A DNA stretch of 64,000 nucleotides, taken from positions 3,019 to 67,018 of the forward strand of contig CAYFZD010000001.1 in NCBI GenBank assembly GCA_964347565.1, given 5' to 3'. Below the pieces are notes generated by a model. That model did no database searches. It was given only the letters and a program-made list of their open reading frames with translations, and had not been told where the DNA came from. Made by a program: the position numbers and the translations under genes. Positions 22,213 through 31,320 of the stretch are shown piece by piece; position 1 is the stretch's first letter, and the number at the start of each line of letters is the position of its first letter. The DNA is from an uncultured Pseudomonadales bacterium. GTDB lineage: Bacteria; Patescibacteriota; Microgenomatia; UBA1400; UBA12108.

Positions 22213-22223
22213 GAGAAGCAATA

Positions 22224-22802
22224 ATGTCTATGAGAACATTGATAATCGATAACAGTTCGAAATACCTAGATCGCCTAGTAGAGTTGATTCGGCCAGATCA
22301 ACCAGTAGTCAGGGAATATTCCCAAATCTCTGGCTTGGAATCCGAACAATACGATCTAATTATTCTCTCCGGTGGGCACTCATTCTCTATCGTGGGAAAC
22401 GAGGACAAACTCGCCCAAGAAATAGCTCTTATCCAACAATCCACTATCCCCATCCTGGGGATTTGTTTTGGTTTCGAGCTCATCGCCCACACCTTTGATG
22501 CCATCATGCAGAGGATGCAGACAAAAGAAAACGGGATCCTCTCAATCAATAAACTAGCGGGCGATCCAATTTTTACCAATTTGAGCGATCTCAGCGTGTT
22601 TGAAAGTCATCGATGGGTGGTGAGTGATCCTGGACAATATTTAGTGCCACTGGCCCGGTCCAGAGATGGGATCGAAATCATCAAACACCAAACGAAACCA
22701 ATCTATGGCTTCCAGTTCCACCCAGAAATGTTCCCCGATCAGACACAAGGCGATGAATTATTCGCGAATTTTACAAAAATAGTACAAAATAGCGTTATAT
22801 GA
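22224..22802 (+). CDS. Class I glutamine amidotransferase-like protein (stand-alone GATase1)
   Basis: Catalytic GICFGFELIA (Cys) and FQFHPEM (His) triad context. 192 aa with no fused synthase domain. Confidence 0.7.
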   Translation: MSMRTLIIDNSSKYLDRLVELIRPDQPVVREYSQISGLESEQYDLIILSGGHSFSIVGNEDKLAQEIALIQQSTIPILGICFGFELIAHTFDAIMQRMQTKENGILSINKLAGDPIFTNLSDLSVFESHRWVVSDPGQYLVPLARSRDGIEIIKHQTKPIYGFQFHPEMFPDQTQGDELFANFTKIVQNSVI

Positions 22803-23824
22803 AAAAAGCCTTAATTGTCAGTCCCTATCTCGACCACTTAGGGGGAGGGGAGCGCTACATGCTCTCAGTGGCGAGCGTGCTCGAGTCCCTGGGACACGAA
22901 GTCTACTTTGCCTGGGATAACGTGGGAGAAATAACTACCCTCGCTGGTATGTTTGGACTCACACTAGAGCGACCCCAGCTCGACCCTAAAATAAAAAACC
23001 TATATATGACTCATAATCCATTATCCATGTATCTCTCCACTCGCCCCTATGACGTGGTTATCTACCTCTCTGACGGGAGCATTCCGCTCCTGGGTGGCAA
23101 ACGCAATATTCTCCATATGCAAGTACCCTTCCACGGGGTAGGGGGGAAATCCTGGAAAAATCAACTCAAAAACCATTTGATTCACACTGTCATCGTCAAC
23201 TCCAATTTCACTAAGGGGGTCATAGACCGGGAGTACGGGATTGATTCACTAACCATCTATCCTCCCGTCCCCGCCATCTCCCCTTCCACCAAAACCAAAA
23301 CTATCCTCTCCGTCGGCCGTTTCGAGCCCTCGCTTAACACCAAACATCAAGATATCCTGATCCAAGCCTTCCGCGAGCTCTCCCCTCAACTTCCAGGATG
23401 GAAATTGGTACTGGCGGGAGCTTCCTCTAACGAAGAGTGGGTTACTCAACTTCGCAATCTGGCTCATGATCTGCCAGTTGAGTTTGTGGTCAACGCTCCC
23501 TACGCCAATTTATGTGATCTCTACGCAAGCTCTACCATCTACTGGCACGCAGCAGGGTACGGAGTGGACGAACACAAGAACCCAGAGCTCACCGAGCACT
23601 TTGGGATCAGCACCGTGGAGGCGATCTCCGCAGGCTGTATCCCCCTCGTCATCCCTTCAGGTGGCCAAAAAGAAATAGTCACTGACCCCTCGCTCCAGTG
23701 GACGACTATCTCTGAATTAATCGTCAAGACTCTTGATGCAATCTCTACTCCTCCCAGCGTCACCCTTGACACTTCTCTCTACTCGATGGAGAATTTTATG
23801 AATCAAGTAAAAAAAATCTTATGA
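22799..23824 (+). CDS. GT4 glycosyltransferase (glycosyl transferase group 1)
   Basis: C-terminal EHFGISTVEAISAGCIPLV (E-x7-E GT4 signature). ATGA overlap with upstream gene. Confidence 0.85.
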   Translation: MKKALIVSPYLDHLGGGERYMLSVASVLESLGHEVYFAWDNVGEITTLAGMFGLTLERPQLDPKIKNLYMTHNPLSMYLSTRPYDVVIYLSDGSIPLLGGKRNILHMQVPFHGVGGKSWKNQLKNHLIHTVIVNSNFTKGVIDREYGIDSLTIYPPVPAISPSTKTKTILSVGRFEPSLNTKHQDILIQAFRELSPQLPGWKLVLAGASSNEEWVTQLRNLAHDLPVEFVVNAPYANLCDLYASSTIYWHAAGYGVDEHKNPELTEHFGISTVEAISAGCIPLVIPSGGQKEIVTDPSLQWTTISELIVKTLDAISTPPSVTLDTSLYSMENFMNQVKKIL

Positions 23825-25083
23825 CCCTCAAACAAATTCTTACTTCCAAAATTTTCCTCCTTGGCCTCCTCATCCGTTTCGTAGTCATGCCCTTTACGGG
23901 CCACTACGACATTCGAGGCATTAATTTCGCGGTCTACAACTTGCCATTTAAAGGTATCACCAACGTCTATGAGGTCGCCTCCCATGGTCCCGTCGATTAC
24001 CTGGTAAACGTCAATTTTGGTCGCGACTACTTTATCTATCCTCCTCTCAATTACTTTACGCTAGGCACTTTCATGTCTGTCCTTAAGCCGTTATACGGCT
24101 CGGAGTTCGTGAGCTGGATCGAAGGGTATGGCTCTGACACTCTATCGGTCGTGACACACCCGCATGTCTGGAGATATCTGTTCCTCATGAAAATTCCATA
24201 CCTCTTCTTCGACGTCCTCCTTCTATATATTCTGATCCAGTTTTTTAGCAAAGACAAGGATAAAGAACGTGCGCTTAAATACTGGTGGCTCAATCCAATC
24301 GTAATTTTCTTGCCTTATATTTGGGGTCAATTTGACATCATCCCCGCCGCCGTCATGTTGGCGGGGGTACTCGCCGGCTTTAAAAACAAACCATATCACG
24401 CAGCCTTGCTCCTAGGCCTTGCAGCATCGTTTAAAAACTACCCGCTCATTTTACTGCCCTTTATCGCCATTATTTTTGGCAAAAATATTTGGCAGATGAT
24501 CAAGCTAATGGTGGTGGGAATGCTCCCATTTATTCTCACTACCGCCCCATTCTGGAGTCACGAGTTTTTTCGCAAGACCGTTCTTTTCTCCTGGCAATCG
24601 CAAAAGATGATGGATTTTATGTGGGCGATTGGGGGGAGTGACGGAGTTTATCCCTTTTTTATTGGATACTTCTTGATCATCATGTGGAGCTTGTACAGGC
24701 TTAGGGGGAGGGCGGATCAAATTTTTACTCCCATGGTTATGACTCTAACCTGGTACTACGCAACCACCAATTTTCACCAGCAATGGTTCATGTGGGTATT
24801 ACCATATTTAGTCATTCTTTGCATCAGGGATACCAAGTTGAGACTGATTGGCTTAGGAGTGGTTGCTTTGTTTTTCCTGCGTTTGATCGAAATCCAAGCC
24901 AACGTCACCACGGAATTGTTCGTCTGGCTCGCTCCCGCTTTTGAAGATCTTCCCAAGTCTCGTTATCTGGTTGGACTAGCATATGATATCCACAAATTCC
25001 GCAACATTGTCAACAGCATGTTTATCGCCCTGGCTTTTTTTGTCAATGCTTATTTAGGTAGTCGTGTGAAAGAAAAAATATGA
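23821..25083 (+). CDS. Polytopic membrane protein (putative glycan-assembly membrane transferase, unknown family)
   Basis: 420 aa with about 11 hydrophobic helices and an aromatic-rich C-terminus. ATGA overlap with upstream gene. Confidence 0.5.
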   Translation: MTLKQILTSKIFLLGLLIRFVVMPFTGHYDIRGINFAVYNLPFKGITNVYEVASHGPVDYLVNVNFGRDYFIYPPLNYFTLGTFMSVLKPLYGSEFVSWIEGYGSDTLSVVTHPHVWRYLFLMKIPYLFFDVLLLYILIQFFSKDKDKERALKYWWLNPIVIFLPYIWGQFDIIPAAVMLAGVLAGFKNKPYHAALLLGLAASFKNYPLILLPFIAIIFGKNIWQMIKLMVVGMLPFILTTAPFWSHEFFRKTVLFSWQSQKMMDFMWAIGGSDGVYPFFIGYFLIIMWSLYRLRGRADQIFTPMVMTLTWYYATTNFHQQWFMWVLPYLVILCIRDTKLRLIGLGVVALFFLRLIEIQANVTTELFVWLAPAFEDLPKSRYLVGLAYDIHKFRNIVNSMFIALAFFVNAYLGSRVKEKI

Positions 25084-25604
25084 ACCGCCAGGATCAGCAC
25101 CAGCCACTCACTTCGACAATCACTCGGTTTTACGAGGGAGAGACAATCTCTCAGATCTTTTATAGTAACCGCAATGATCTAAACACCGTCAGTATTTGTA
25201 TCCGTAACCCAGACCGTGCCCTGACCCCCATGACCTTCAAGCTCATGGAGGGGGATACTGTAGTACGTAACCTCGAATTTAGCGGGGGTAATATAGACAA
25301 CGAAGATTGCACCAAATTCAAGTTTGATAAAATTGCCGACTCTAAACACAAAACATACGCCGCCACCATTAGCTCGCCTCCCGTAGACAAAAAACTCAGG
25401 AGTCCGGCTGCCTTTAGCATAGAGATGCACGAGGGGGTCATGCACTACAAGACTTTTTACTATCAGAGTGTAGGGGAGGTGGTTAAAGAGTCTACCACCC
25501 AGCTCTTTACTAGATTTGGCCAAGATCCGCTGTTTCTAATATTTTGGGCTACCGCGATAATCTACTTGATTACCCGCCTGCGTTTAGCGATACGTAAGAA
25601 ATGA
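25080..25604 (+). CDS. Hypothetical protein with C-terminal TM helix
   Basis: 174 aa. A soluble domain is followed by LFLIFWATAIIYLITRL. ATGA overlaps on both sides imply co-translation with its neighbours. Confidence 0.45.
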   Translation: MNRQDQHQPLTSTITRFYEGETISQIFYSNRNDLNTVSICIRNPDRALTPMTFKLMEGDTVVRNLEFSGGNIDNEDCTKFKFDKIADSKHKTYAATISSPPVDKKLRSPAAFSIEMHEGVMHYKTFYYQSVGEVVKESTTQLFTRFGQDPLFLIFWATAIIYLITRLRLAIRKK

Positions 25605-26947
25605 AATTTAAGTTACTCTTCCTTCTACTTATTTTTACCTCTGCCATCCTCTTGCGCTTTTGGAACTACGAGGGTCGCACTACCTACGGCTGGGATCAAT
25701 CGCGTGACGTCGGCGTGCTCGAGTCCGCACTCACGACTCATCAACTCCCACTACTGGGCCCAATCGTGCGAGGCGATGTGGGCGGATTCTATCTCGGTCC
25801 CCTCTACCACTACTTACTGGCACCTATTTATTCTCTCACCGGTCAGAACCCGCTCTCACTCGTGTGGACCTCGATCATGCTGGATGTGGGGGTGGCTATC
25901 GGACTTACTCTGGCATTTGGCTTCTCCGCCGGTCTCATCTGGGCGTTCTCCTCCATGCTCATCAACTCGTCGCTCACCCCATGGAATGTTTCTCTCATCC
26001 ACCCATGGGTCTTGGCTATCATTCTCCTCTCCAGTCGCCTCACGAGCTCGCGCAACATCTGTCTATTCTTATTACTCATCTCTGCCTCTACGAGTATTCA
26101 CTTGACCCTCATTCCGCTCGCCTTCTTACTCTTGCTCGTCGCCTCACCCACGATTGTCCGAGCTACCCACCGCGCCATTGAATATCTCTACTATTTTCTT
26201 GCTCTCATCCTGCCCCAAGTTCCCCTCATTTTATCGGATCTCAGGAGTGGAGGCGCCAACGCACGAGCGCTCAAAGATTTCCTCCTCATCAAATCGCACG
26301 AAGATCCAGTCTCCCTACTGGAATTTAGTCAAGCCTTATTTAGTAAAATTGGCTATACTACGTCGAGATTATTTGTGGGCGAGCCCTATTTAGCTTTTGG
26401 CTGTCTAGTTTTTGTGGCGCTCCTAATCTACGGACTTCTCCACTGGAGGATCCACAGGGCCGCAGGCTTATCTCTTATTATTACTTTCACACTGATCGTC
26501 ACGCTATTCATTTACCGTGACCCAAATTTTGCCGAGTACTACCTGAATGCGATGTTAGTTCCCCTTGTGATCCTCGTCTCTCTCGCTCTCACGCGCACTC
26601 CACGTCCTCTAGTTTATCTCGTTCTTCTGATTATGATTGGTCTCAACCTCCGCTCACTAGACTTCCGCACAAGCGCCTATTCTATGGGGGCCAAAAAAGA
26701 CTTACTCATCTCAGCCGCCCCGCATCTGCAAGAGGGGGTAGAACTCCGCCTGCTCTTACCAGACCACCAACAATTTGGGTTTGCCTATTATTTGACCACA
26801 TTAGGCATATCCAACGACCCTAGCAATCACCTCAAGCTTTATATCGCCCCCGCGCTCATCGAGCACGTACCTGCTCCCCCTGACGCCCAGTCAGTTGTTT
26901 TCCAAACTCAGCTCTCAGCCTTCCGCTTGGTAGTTTTTAGCAACTAG
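25601..26947 (+). CDS. Polytopic membrane protein, putative GT-C (ArnT-like)
   Basis: N-terminal TM, then loop TYGWDQSRDVGVLE followed by about 11 TM helices. Confidence 0.55.
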   Translation: MKFKLLFLLLIFTSAILLRFWNYEGRTTYGWDQSRDVGVLESALTTHQLPLLGPIVRGDVGGFYLGPLYHYLLAPIYSLTGQNPLSLVWTSIMLDVGVAIGLTLAFGFSAGLIWAFSSMLINSSLTPWNVSLIHPWVLAIILLSSRLTSSRNICLFLLLISASTSIHLTLIPLAFLLLLVASPTIVRATHRAIEYLYYFLALILPQVPLILSDLRSGGANARALKDFLLIKSHEDPVSLLEFSQALFSKIGYTTSRLFVGEPYLAFGCLVFVALLIYGLLHWRIHRAAGLSLIITFTLIVTLFIYRDPNFAEYYLNAMLVPLVILVSLALTRTPRPLVYLVLLIMIGLNLRSLDFRTSAYSMGAKKDLLISAAPHLQEGVELRLLLPDHQQFGFAYYLTTLGISNDPSNHLKLYIAPALIEHVPAPPDAQSVVFQTQLSAFRLVVFSN

Positions 26948-26961
26948 GGTAAAATCCTCCT

Positions 26962-27855
26962 ATGACCAAACCTAATGTTAGTATTGTCATCCCCTCCTGG
27001 AATAGCGAAAGTCAGCTCAAACAAAATCTACCCTATGTGTTCAAAGCGGCAGAGGCCGTCAAAGCCGAGATCGTGGTAGTGGATGATGCCAGCGCCTACG
27101 ACCAATCAGCTAAATATTTAAGATCACTAGGTAATAAAATTCGTTTTTATGAGAATAAAACTAATGGCGGCTTCTCCTACACCGTCAACCGTGGAGTCGA
27201 GCTCGCTAAAGGCGATATCGTCGTACTCCTCAACACAGACGTGCGACCCTCGCCCGATTGTTTTGTCAATTCGCTCTCCAAATTTTCTGATCCCTCTGTT
27301 TTTGCCGTGACCTTCAATAGTGGCGAGGCTTGGGCTGGTGGGAGATGGGAGGGCGGACTGCTCCAGCACGCCAAAGTAGAGCCAAGCAAAGACAACGCCG
27401 ACAAACAGAATCCAAGCCTCTGGGCCTCCGGTGGACAAGCCGCCTTCGATCGTGAAAAATGGATGTTACTTGGCGGGATGGATCTCCTCTACAAGCCCTT
27501 CTACTGGGAAGACGTCGATCTAGGATACCGAGCCTGGAAGAGGGGTTGGCGCATCATTTGGGATCCCAAGAGTAAGTGTGTCCACGATCATCAAAAAAGT
27601 GTCATTGCCAGCAACTTTACTCCCGAGTTTGTCAAAGCCACCGCTCAGCGCAATCAGTTCCTCTTCGTCTGGAAAAACATCCACAACTCAGAAATGTTAT
27701 GGTCGCATCTGCGCAAAATCCCCAGTTTCCTCAAAAATTACCCTCTCCCATTCCTGCGTGCCCTGCTCCTCTTGCCCTCAGCCTTGCGGGGGAGGGGAGT
27801 CGAGCAGCGCGCCTCCACTCGCAGTGATAGTGAGATACTAAAGATCTGGAGCTAA
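26962..27855 (+). CDS. GT2 glycosyltransferase
   Basis: VSIVIPSWNSESQL, VVVDDASAYD and WEDVDLGYRAWKRGW motifs. Confidence 0.8.
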   Translation: MTKPNVSIVIPSWNSESQLKQNLPYVFKAAEAVKAEIVVVDDASAYDQSAKYLRSLGNKIRFYENKTNGGFSYTVNRGVELAKGDIVVLLNTDVRPSPDCFVNSLSKFSDPSVFAVTFNSGEAWAGGRWEGGLLQHAKVEPSKDNADKQNPSLWASGGQAAFDREKWMLLGGMDLLYKPFYWEDVDLGYRAWKRGWRIIWDPKSKCVHDHQKSVIASNFTPEFVKATAQRNQFLFVWKNIHNSEMLWSHLRKIPSFLKNYPLPFLRALLLLPSALRGRGVEQRASTRSDSEILKIWS

Positions 27856-27857
27856 CT

Positions 27858-29720
27858 ATGGCACCCATGGTCTCGGTCATTATTGTCAACTACAACGCCG
27901 GCAAACTGCTGTCTAAGTCTGTCAACTCTGTCATCAACTTCCCGGGGGTAGAAGTAGTGGTGGCGGACAATGCCTCCCGCGATAACTCGTTTAAAGATCT
28001 AGTCGCTGGTCCCAGAATCCCCAACTTGGTCTTGATCGACAACGGCGCCAATATAGGTTTTGGCAAGGCCGTCAACCAGGCGGTCTTAAAGAGTCACGGC
28101 GAATATGTCTATCTCCTCAACCCTGACGCCTCCCTTAGCAAGACCGCCCTCGCTAGAATGGTGGAGACCGCCAAGGAGTATGGTGATCGTGCCATCATCG
28201 CCCCGCGCCTGGAGAATCCCGATGGTACTCCCCAATCCTCCTGTTACCGCCCACAAACGATTTGGAATGCCGTCAAAGAATACTGGTTAGGCAAATCAGG
28301 GTCATACGCCAAATATCTCCCTACTGGCAAATCTCCGGTGCAGGTCCACGCCGCCGTGGCCGCTGCCTGGCTTGTACCTCGGCAGGTTTGGGACGAGCTC
28401 GGGGGACTCAGCGACCGCTTTTTCCTCTATTTTGAAGATCTAGATATGTGCGACCGTGCGGGATCAGCTGGCATTCCTGTCATCTATGATCCCCGTGCTG
28501 TAGTAAAACACGCCCACGGCGTCTCCTCGCGTACCAACCCGATCGTGCTCAAGTTATTTACGAATTCTGCTTGGGAGTACCACGGCCGTCTCAAAAAAAT
28601 CTTGATCGACTTGATTATTCGTTTGCGAGACTTCTTCGTGCCACCCATTTCCGCCAAAAAAGTCACGGGGATTATCCTCCTCTACACACTGTTTATTCTT
28701 ACTATCGCCGCCCTGGGATATTTTTTACTCCCCGCCCGCTACGCCCCTCTGGCGCTAATTCCTGACGTCTATCATTCTAATTTCTTACTCTGGTCCTGGG
28801 CCAATTTTGACGGAGAACACTATCTTAGTATTGCCCAGCATGGCTATCAAACTATTCGCGGCCAGTCAGAGTACGCCTTCTTCCCACTCTATCCACTCCT
28901 CATTAATCTATTCAGTCGCACGGGTATGAGCGCCTACCTCGCCGCTCACTTAGTCACTCTCATCTCTGGAATAGGGTTTGTCTTTATCCTCTTAAAATGG
29001 GCTTCCAAGTACACCAAAAACCCGCTGACTCTTTTGTGGCTGACTTTGCTCTCACCCGGGGCAATTTATCTCTCTGCCATCTATTCCGAGCCCCTCTTCC
29101 TTCTACTCACTGTCTCCACCTTTTACTTTTGCGATAGACGGGAGTGGGGGAGAGCTACCTTGATGACAGCGCTTGCCACCGCTACCCGCGTCAATGGTAT
29201 TTTTCTCGTTCTATTTTTGCTCCTTAAATCTCGCTCCCCCAAAGTCCTTTTAGGCTTATCCGGAATCTTGGCCTACATTTACTATCTATGGCAAAAAACC
29301 GGCGATGGCCTGGCCTTTTTTCATGCTCAGTCCGGGTGGGAAAAATCCACCCTCACCGCCCCCTGGGTGACGCTAACCAACTATTTTACTGCGCTTACTA
29401 CAGGTTTTGTGCCTGATCTCACTCACCTAGTGGTCGCCATCGAAGTCCTCGTGACAGGGTTACTCATCTATCTACTTATCAAATTTTGGCGCCAGCATAA
29501 ACTAGATTCCGCCTACAAATATTACGCCCTCGCCAATCTCGCACTCCCCCTAGCTACTGGGTCTCTTGGCTCGATGCCTCGTTTCTCACTCGTTCTCTTC
29601 CCACTCTTTCTCATGATCCCCACCCAATCTCGCTCCTCACGCATTGTTCACTCTTCATTATTTATTATCATGAGTATGATAGGTATCATCCTCTTTACGC
29701 GGGGATATTGGTATGCTTAA
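27858..29720 (+). CDS. Fusion: N-terminal GT2 + C-terminal PIG-V-like polytopic membrane domain (family A)
   Basis: N-terminal VSVIIVNYNAGKLL...FEDLDMCDRA (GT2). From about aa 270 there are roughly 9 TM helices with NFDGEHYLSIAQHGYQ...FFPLYPLLINLFS. Confidence 0.75.
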   Translation: MAPMVSVIIVNYNAGKLLSKSVNSVINFPGVEVVVADNASRDNSFKDLVAGPRIPNLVLIDNGANIGFGKAVNQAVLKSHGEYVYLLNPDASLSKTALARMVETAKEYGDRAIIAPRLENPDGTPQSSCYRPQTIWNAVKEYWLGKSGSYAKYLPTGKSPVQVHAAVAAAWLVPRQVWDELGGLSDRFFLYFEDLDMCDRAGSAGIPVIYDPRAVVKHAHGVSSRTNPIVLKLFTNSAWEYHGRLKKILIDLIIRLRDFFVPPISAKKVTGIILLYTLFILTIAALGYFLLPARYAPLALIPDVYHSNFLLWSWANFDGEHYLSIAQHGYQTIRGQSEYAFFPLYPLLINLFSRTGMSAYLAAHLVTLISGIGFVFILLKWASKYTKNPLTLLWLTLLSPGAIYLSAIYSEPLFLLLTVSTFYFCDRREWGRATLMTALATATRVNGIFLVLFLLLKSRSPKVLLGLSGILAYIYYLWQKTGDGLAFFHAQSGWEKSTLTAPWVTLTNYFTALTTGFVPDLTHLVVAIEVLVTGLLIYLLIKFWRQHKLDSAYKYYALANLALPLATGSLGSMPRFSLVLFPLFLMIPTQSRSSRIVHSSLFIIMSMIGIILFTRGYWYA

Positions 29721-31320
29721 GCTCAAGTGGATCCTCATCCTCGCCACCATCCTCCGCCTATTGTGGCTCGACAAAGTCCCCCCTAGTCTCAACTGGGACG
29801 AAGTTTCCATGGGATACACGGCTTACAGTATAGGTGAGACGGGGATGGACGAATGGGGAGAAAGATTGCCAATCTTTTTCCGTTCCTACGGAGAATGGAA
29901 GTCAGCTGTCTATATTTACTTACTCGTGCCCTTTATCAAGATATTTGGACTGAGCGCCTTTGCAGTGCGACTCCCATCGGCTCTGGCGGGTATTCTCGCA
30001 GTCTATCTCACTTACTTGATAGGCCGAAAAATCTATAGTGAAAAAGTCGGTCTCTGGGCTTCTCTTTTCCTCGCCATCTCACCTTGGCATTTGTTACTCT
30101 CCCGCCCTGCCTTCGAAGCCAATGTATCCCTCACTTTGATCCTTGCCGGCCTTTTCTTTTTTCTGCGTTCATCGACCATCGTCCATTGGCCATCGACCAT
30201 TTTGTCTGGGATTTTCCTTGGCCTCGCTCCTCATACTTATAATAGCGCCAAAGTAGTAGTACCATTTTTAGTTCTCTACTTAATTTGGCAGACCAAATTT
30301 TACAAAAATATCAAACAACTTTCACTATTTGTAGTGATACTTACAGTCTTTGCCATCCCTATTATTCTCAATCTTTTTTCTGGACGTGCCCAGTTTCGCT
30401 ATTCTCAGGTCGGGGTCAGCACTGACCAATTCGGCTTAAACACTTTTGTGAATCATCGCAATAACCCTCAATTGCCCAAACTTCTTGGCAAATTAGCCTT
30501 CAATAAATATACCTATACGCTCCACTCAACCTTAAAAAACGGTTTATCCTACCTCAACCCGGCTTTTCTGCTAGTAGAGGCAGGAGATCATACCCAACAT
30601 CATCTCCCTTATCATGGCGTCCTCTATATCGGTGAGTTTGTTTTTGTTCTTTGTGGACTATATCATTTAAGCAAAAGCTCCAATCACCATTTGCGATTGT
30701 TACCTCTCGTCCTGATTTTTCTAGGCATCATCCCAGCCGCCCTCACCCGTGATGTCGGTCACGTTTTGCGCAGTATTTTGACCTTGCCGGGTTGGCAGCT
30801 CCTAGCAGGAATTGGTGTTATTGAACTTCAAAAATTGAAAACTCCGTACTTGAAAATTGTAAATTGGTTATTGGTTATTCAAATTGCTGTCTTTATGACA
30901 GCATATTTTTTCTGGTACCCCACTGCTTACGCTCGCGATTGGCAGTATGGTCTCAAAGAAACGGCTGCCTACGTACAGGAGCATGAGGGTGAGTACGAGG
31001 AAATCGTGGTCTCAAAATGGTTCGGCGAGACCCAGCTCTTTTTGGCTTTTTACAATCGCTGGGACCCTCTCTGGTATATGGAAGCCAACAAGCAAAATTT
31101 ACGCTACGAAACAGAGGGTAAGCTCTGGTTAGACCAGCTCGAAGAGTATAGTATAGGTAAATACACATTTAAGTACCTTAAATTTGGTGAACCCGTTTAC
31201 AAAAAAACGCTCTACGTCGGCAAGTTTGACGATTTTTTTGAAAATCCTCGAACCTTGGAAACGATTAATTATCCTGACGATTCGGTGGCCGTACATATTA
31301 TGGAAGGACTACCTAAATGA
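29713..31320 (+). CDS. GT-C family membrane glycosyltransferase (ArnT/PMT-like)
   Basis: Loop SLNWDEVSMGYTAYSIGETGMDEWG (DE motif), multi-TM body and C-terminal soluble domain. 8-nt overlap with upstream gene. Confidence 0.7.
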   Translation: MLKLKWILILATILRLLWLDKVPPSLNWDEVSMGYTAYSIGETGMDEWGERLPIFFRSYGEWKSAVYIYLLVPFIKIFGLSAFAVRLPSALAGILAVYLTYLIGRKIYSEKVGLWASLFLAISPWHLLLSRPAFEANVSLTLILAGLFFFLRSSTIVHWPSTILSGIFLGLAPHTYNSAKVVVPFLVLYLIWQTKFYKNIKQLSLFVVILTVFAIPIILNLFSGRAQFRYSQVGVSTDQFGLNTFVNHRNNPQLPKLLGKLAFNKYTYTLHSTLKNGLSYLNPAFLLVEAGDHTQHHLPYHGVLYIGEFVFVLCGLYHLSKSSNHHLRLLPLVLIFLGIIPAALTRDVGHVLRSILTLPGWQLLAGIGVIELQKLKTPYLKIVNWLLVIQIAVFMTAYFFWYPTAYARDWQYGLKETAAYVQEHEGEYEEIVVSKWFGETQLFLAFYNRWDPLWYMEANKQNLRYETEGKLWLDQLEEYSIGKYTFKYLKFGEPVYKKTLYVGKFDDFFENPRTLETINYPDDSVAVHIMEGLPK

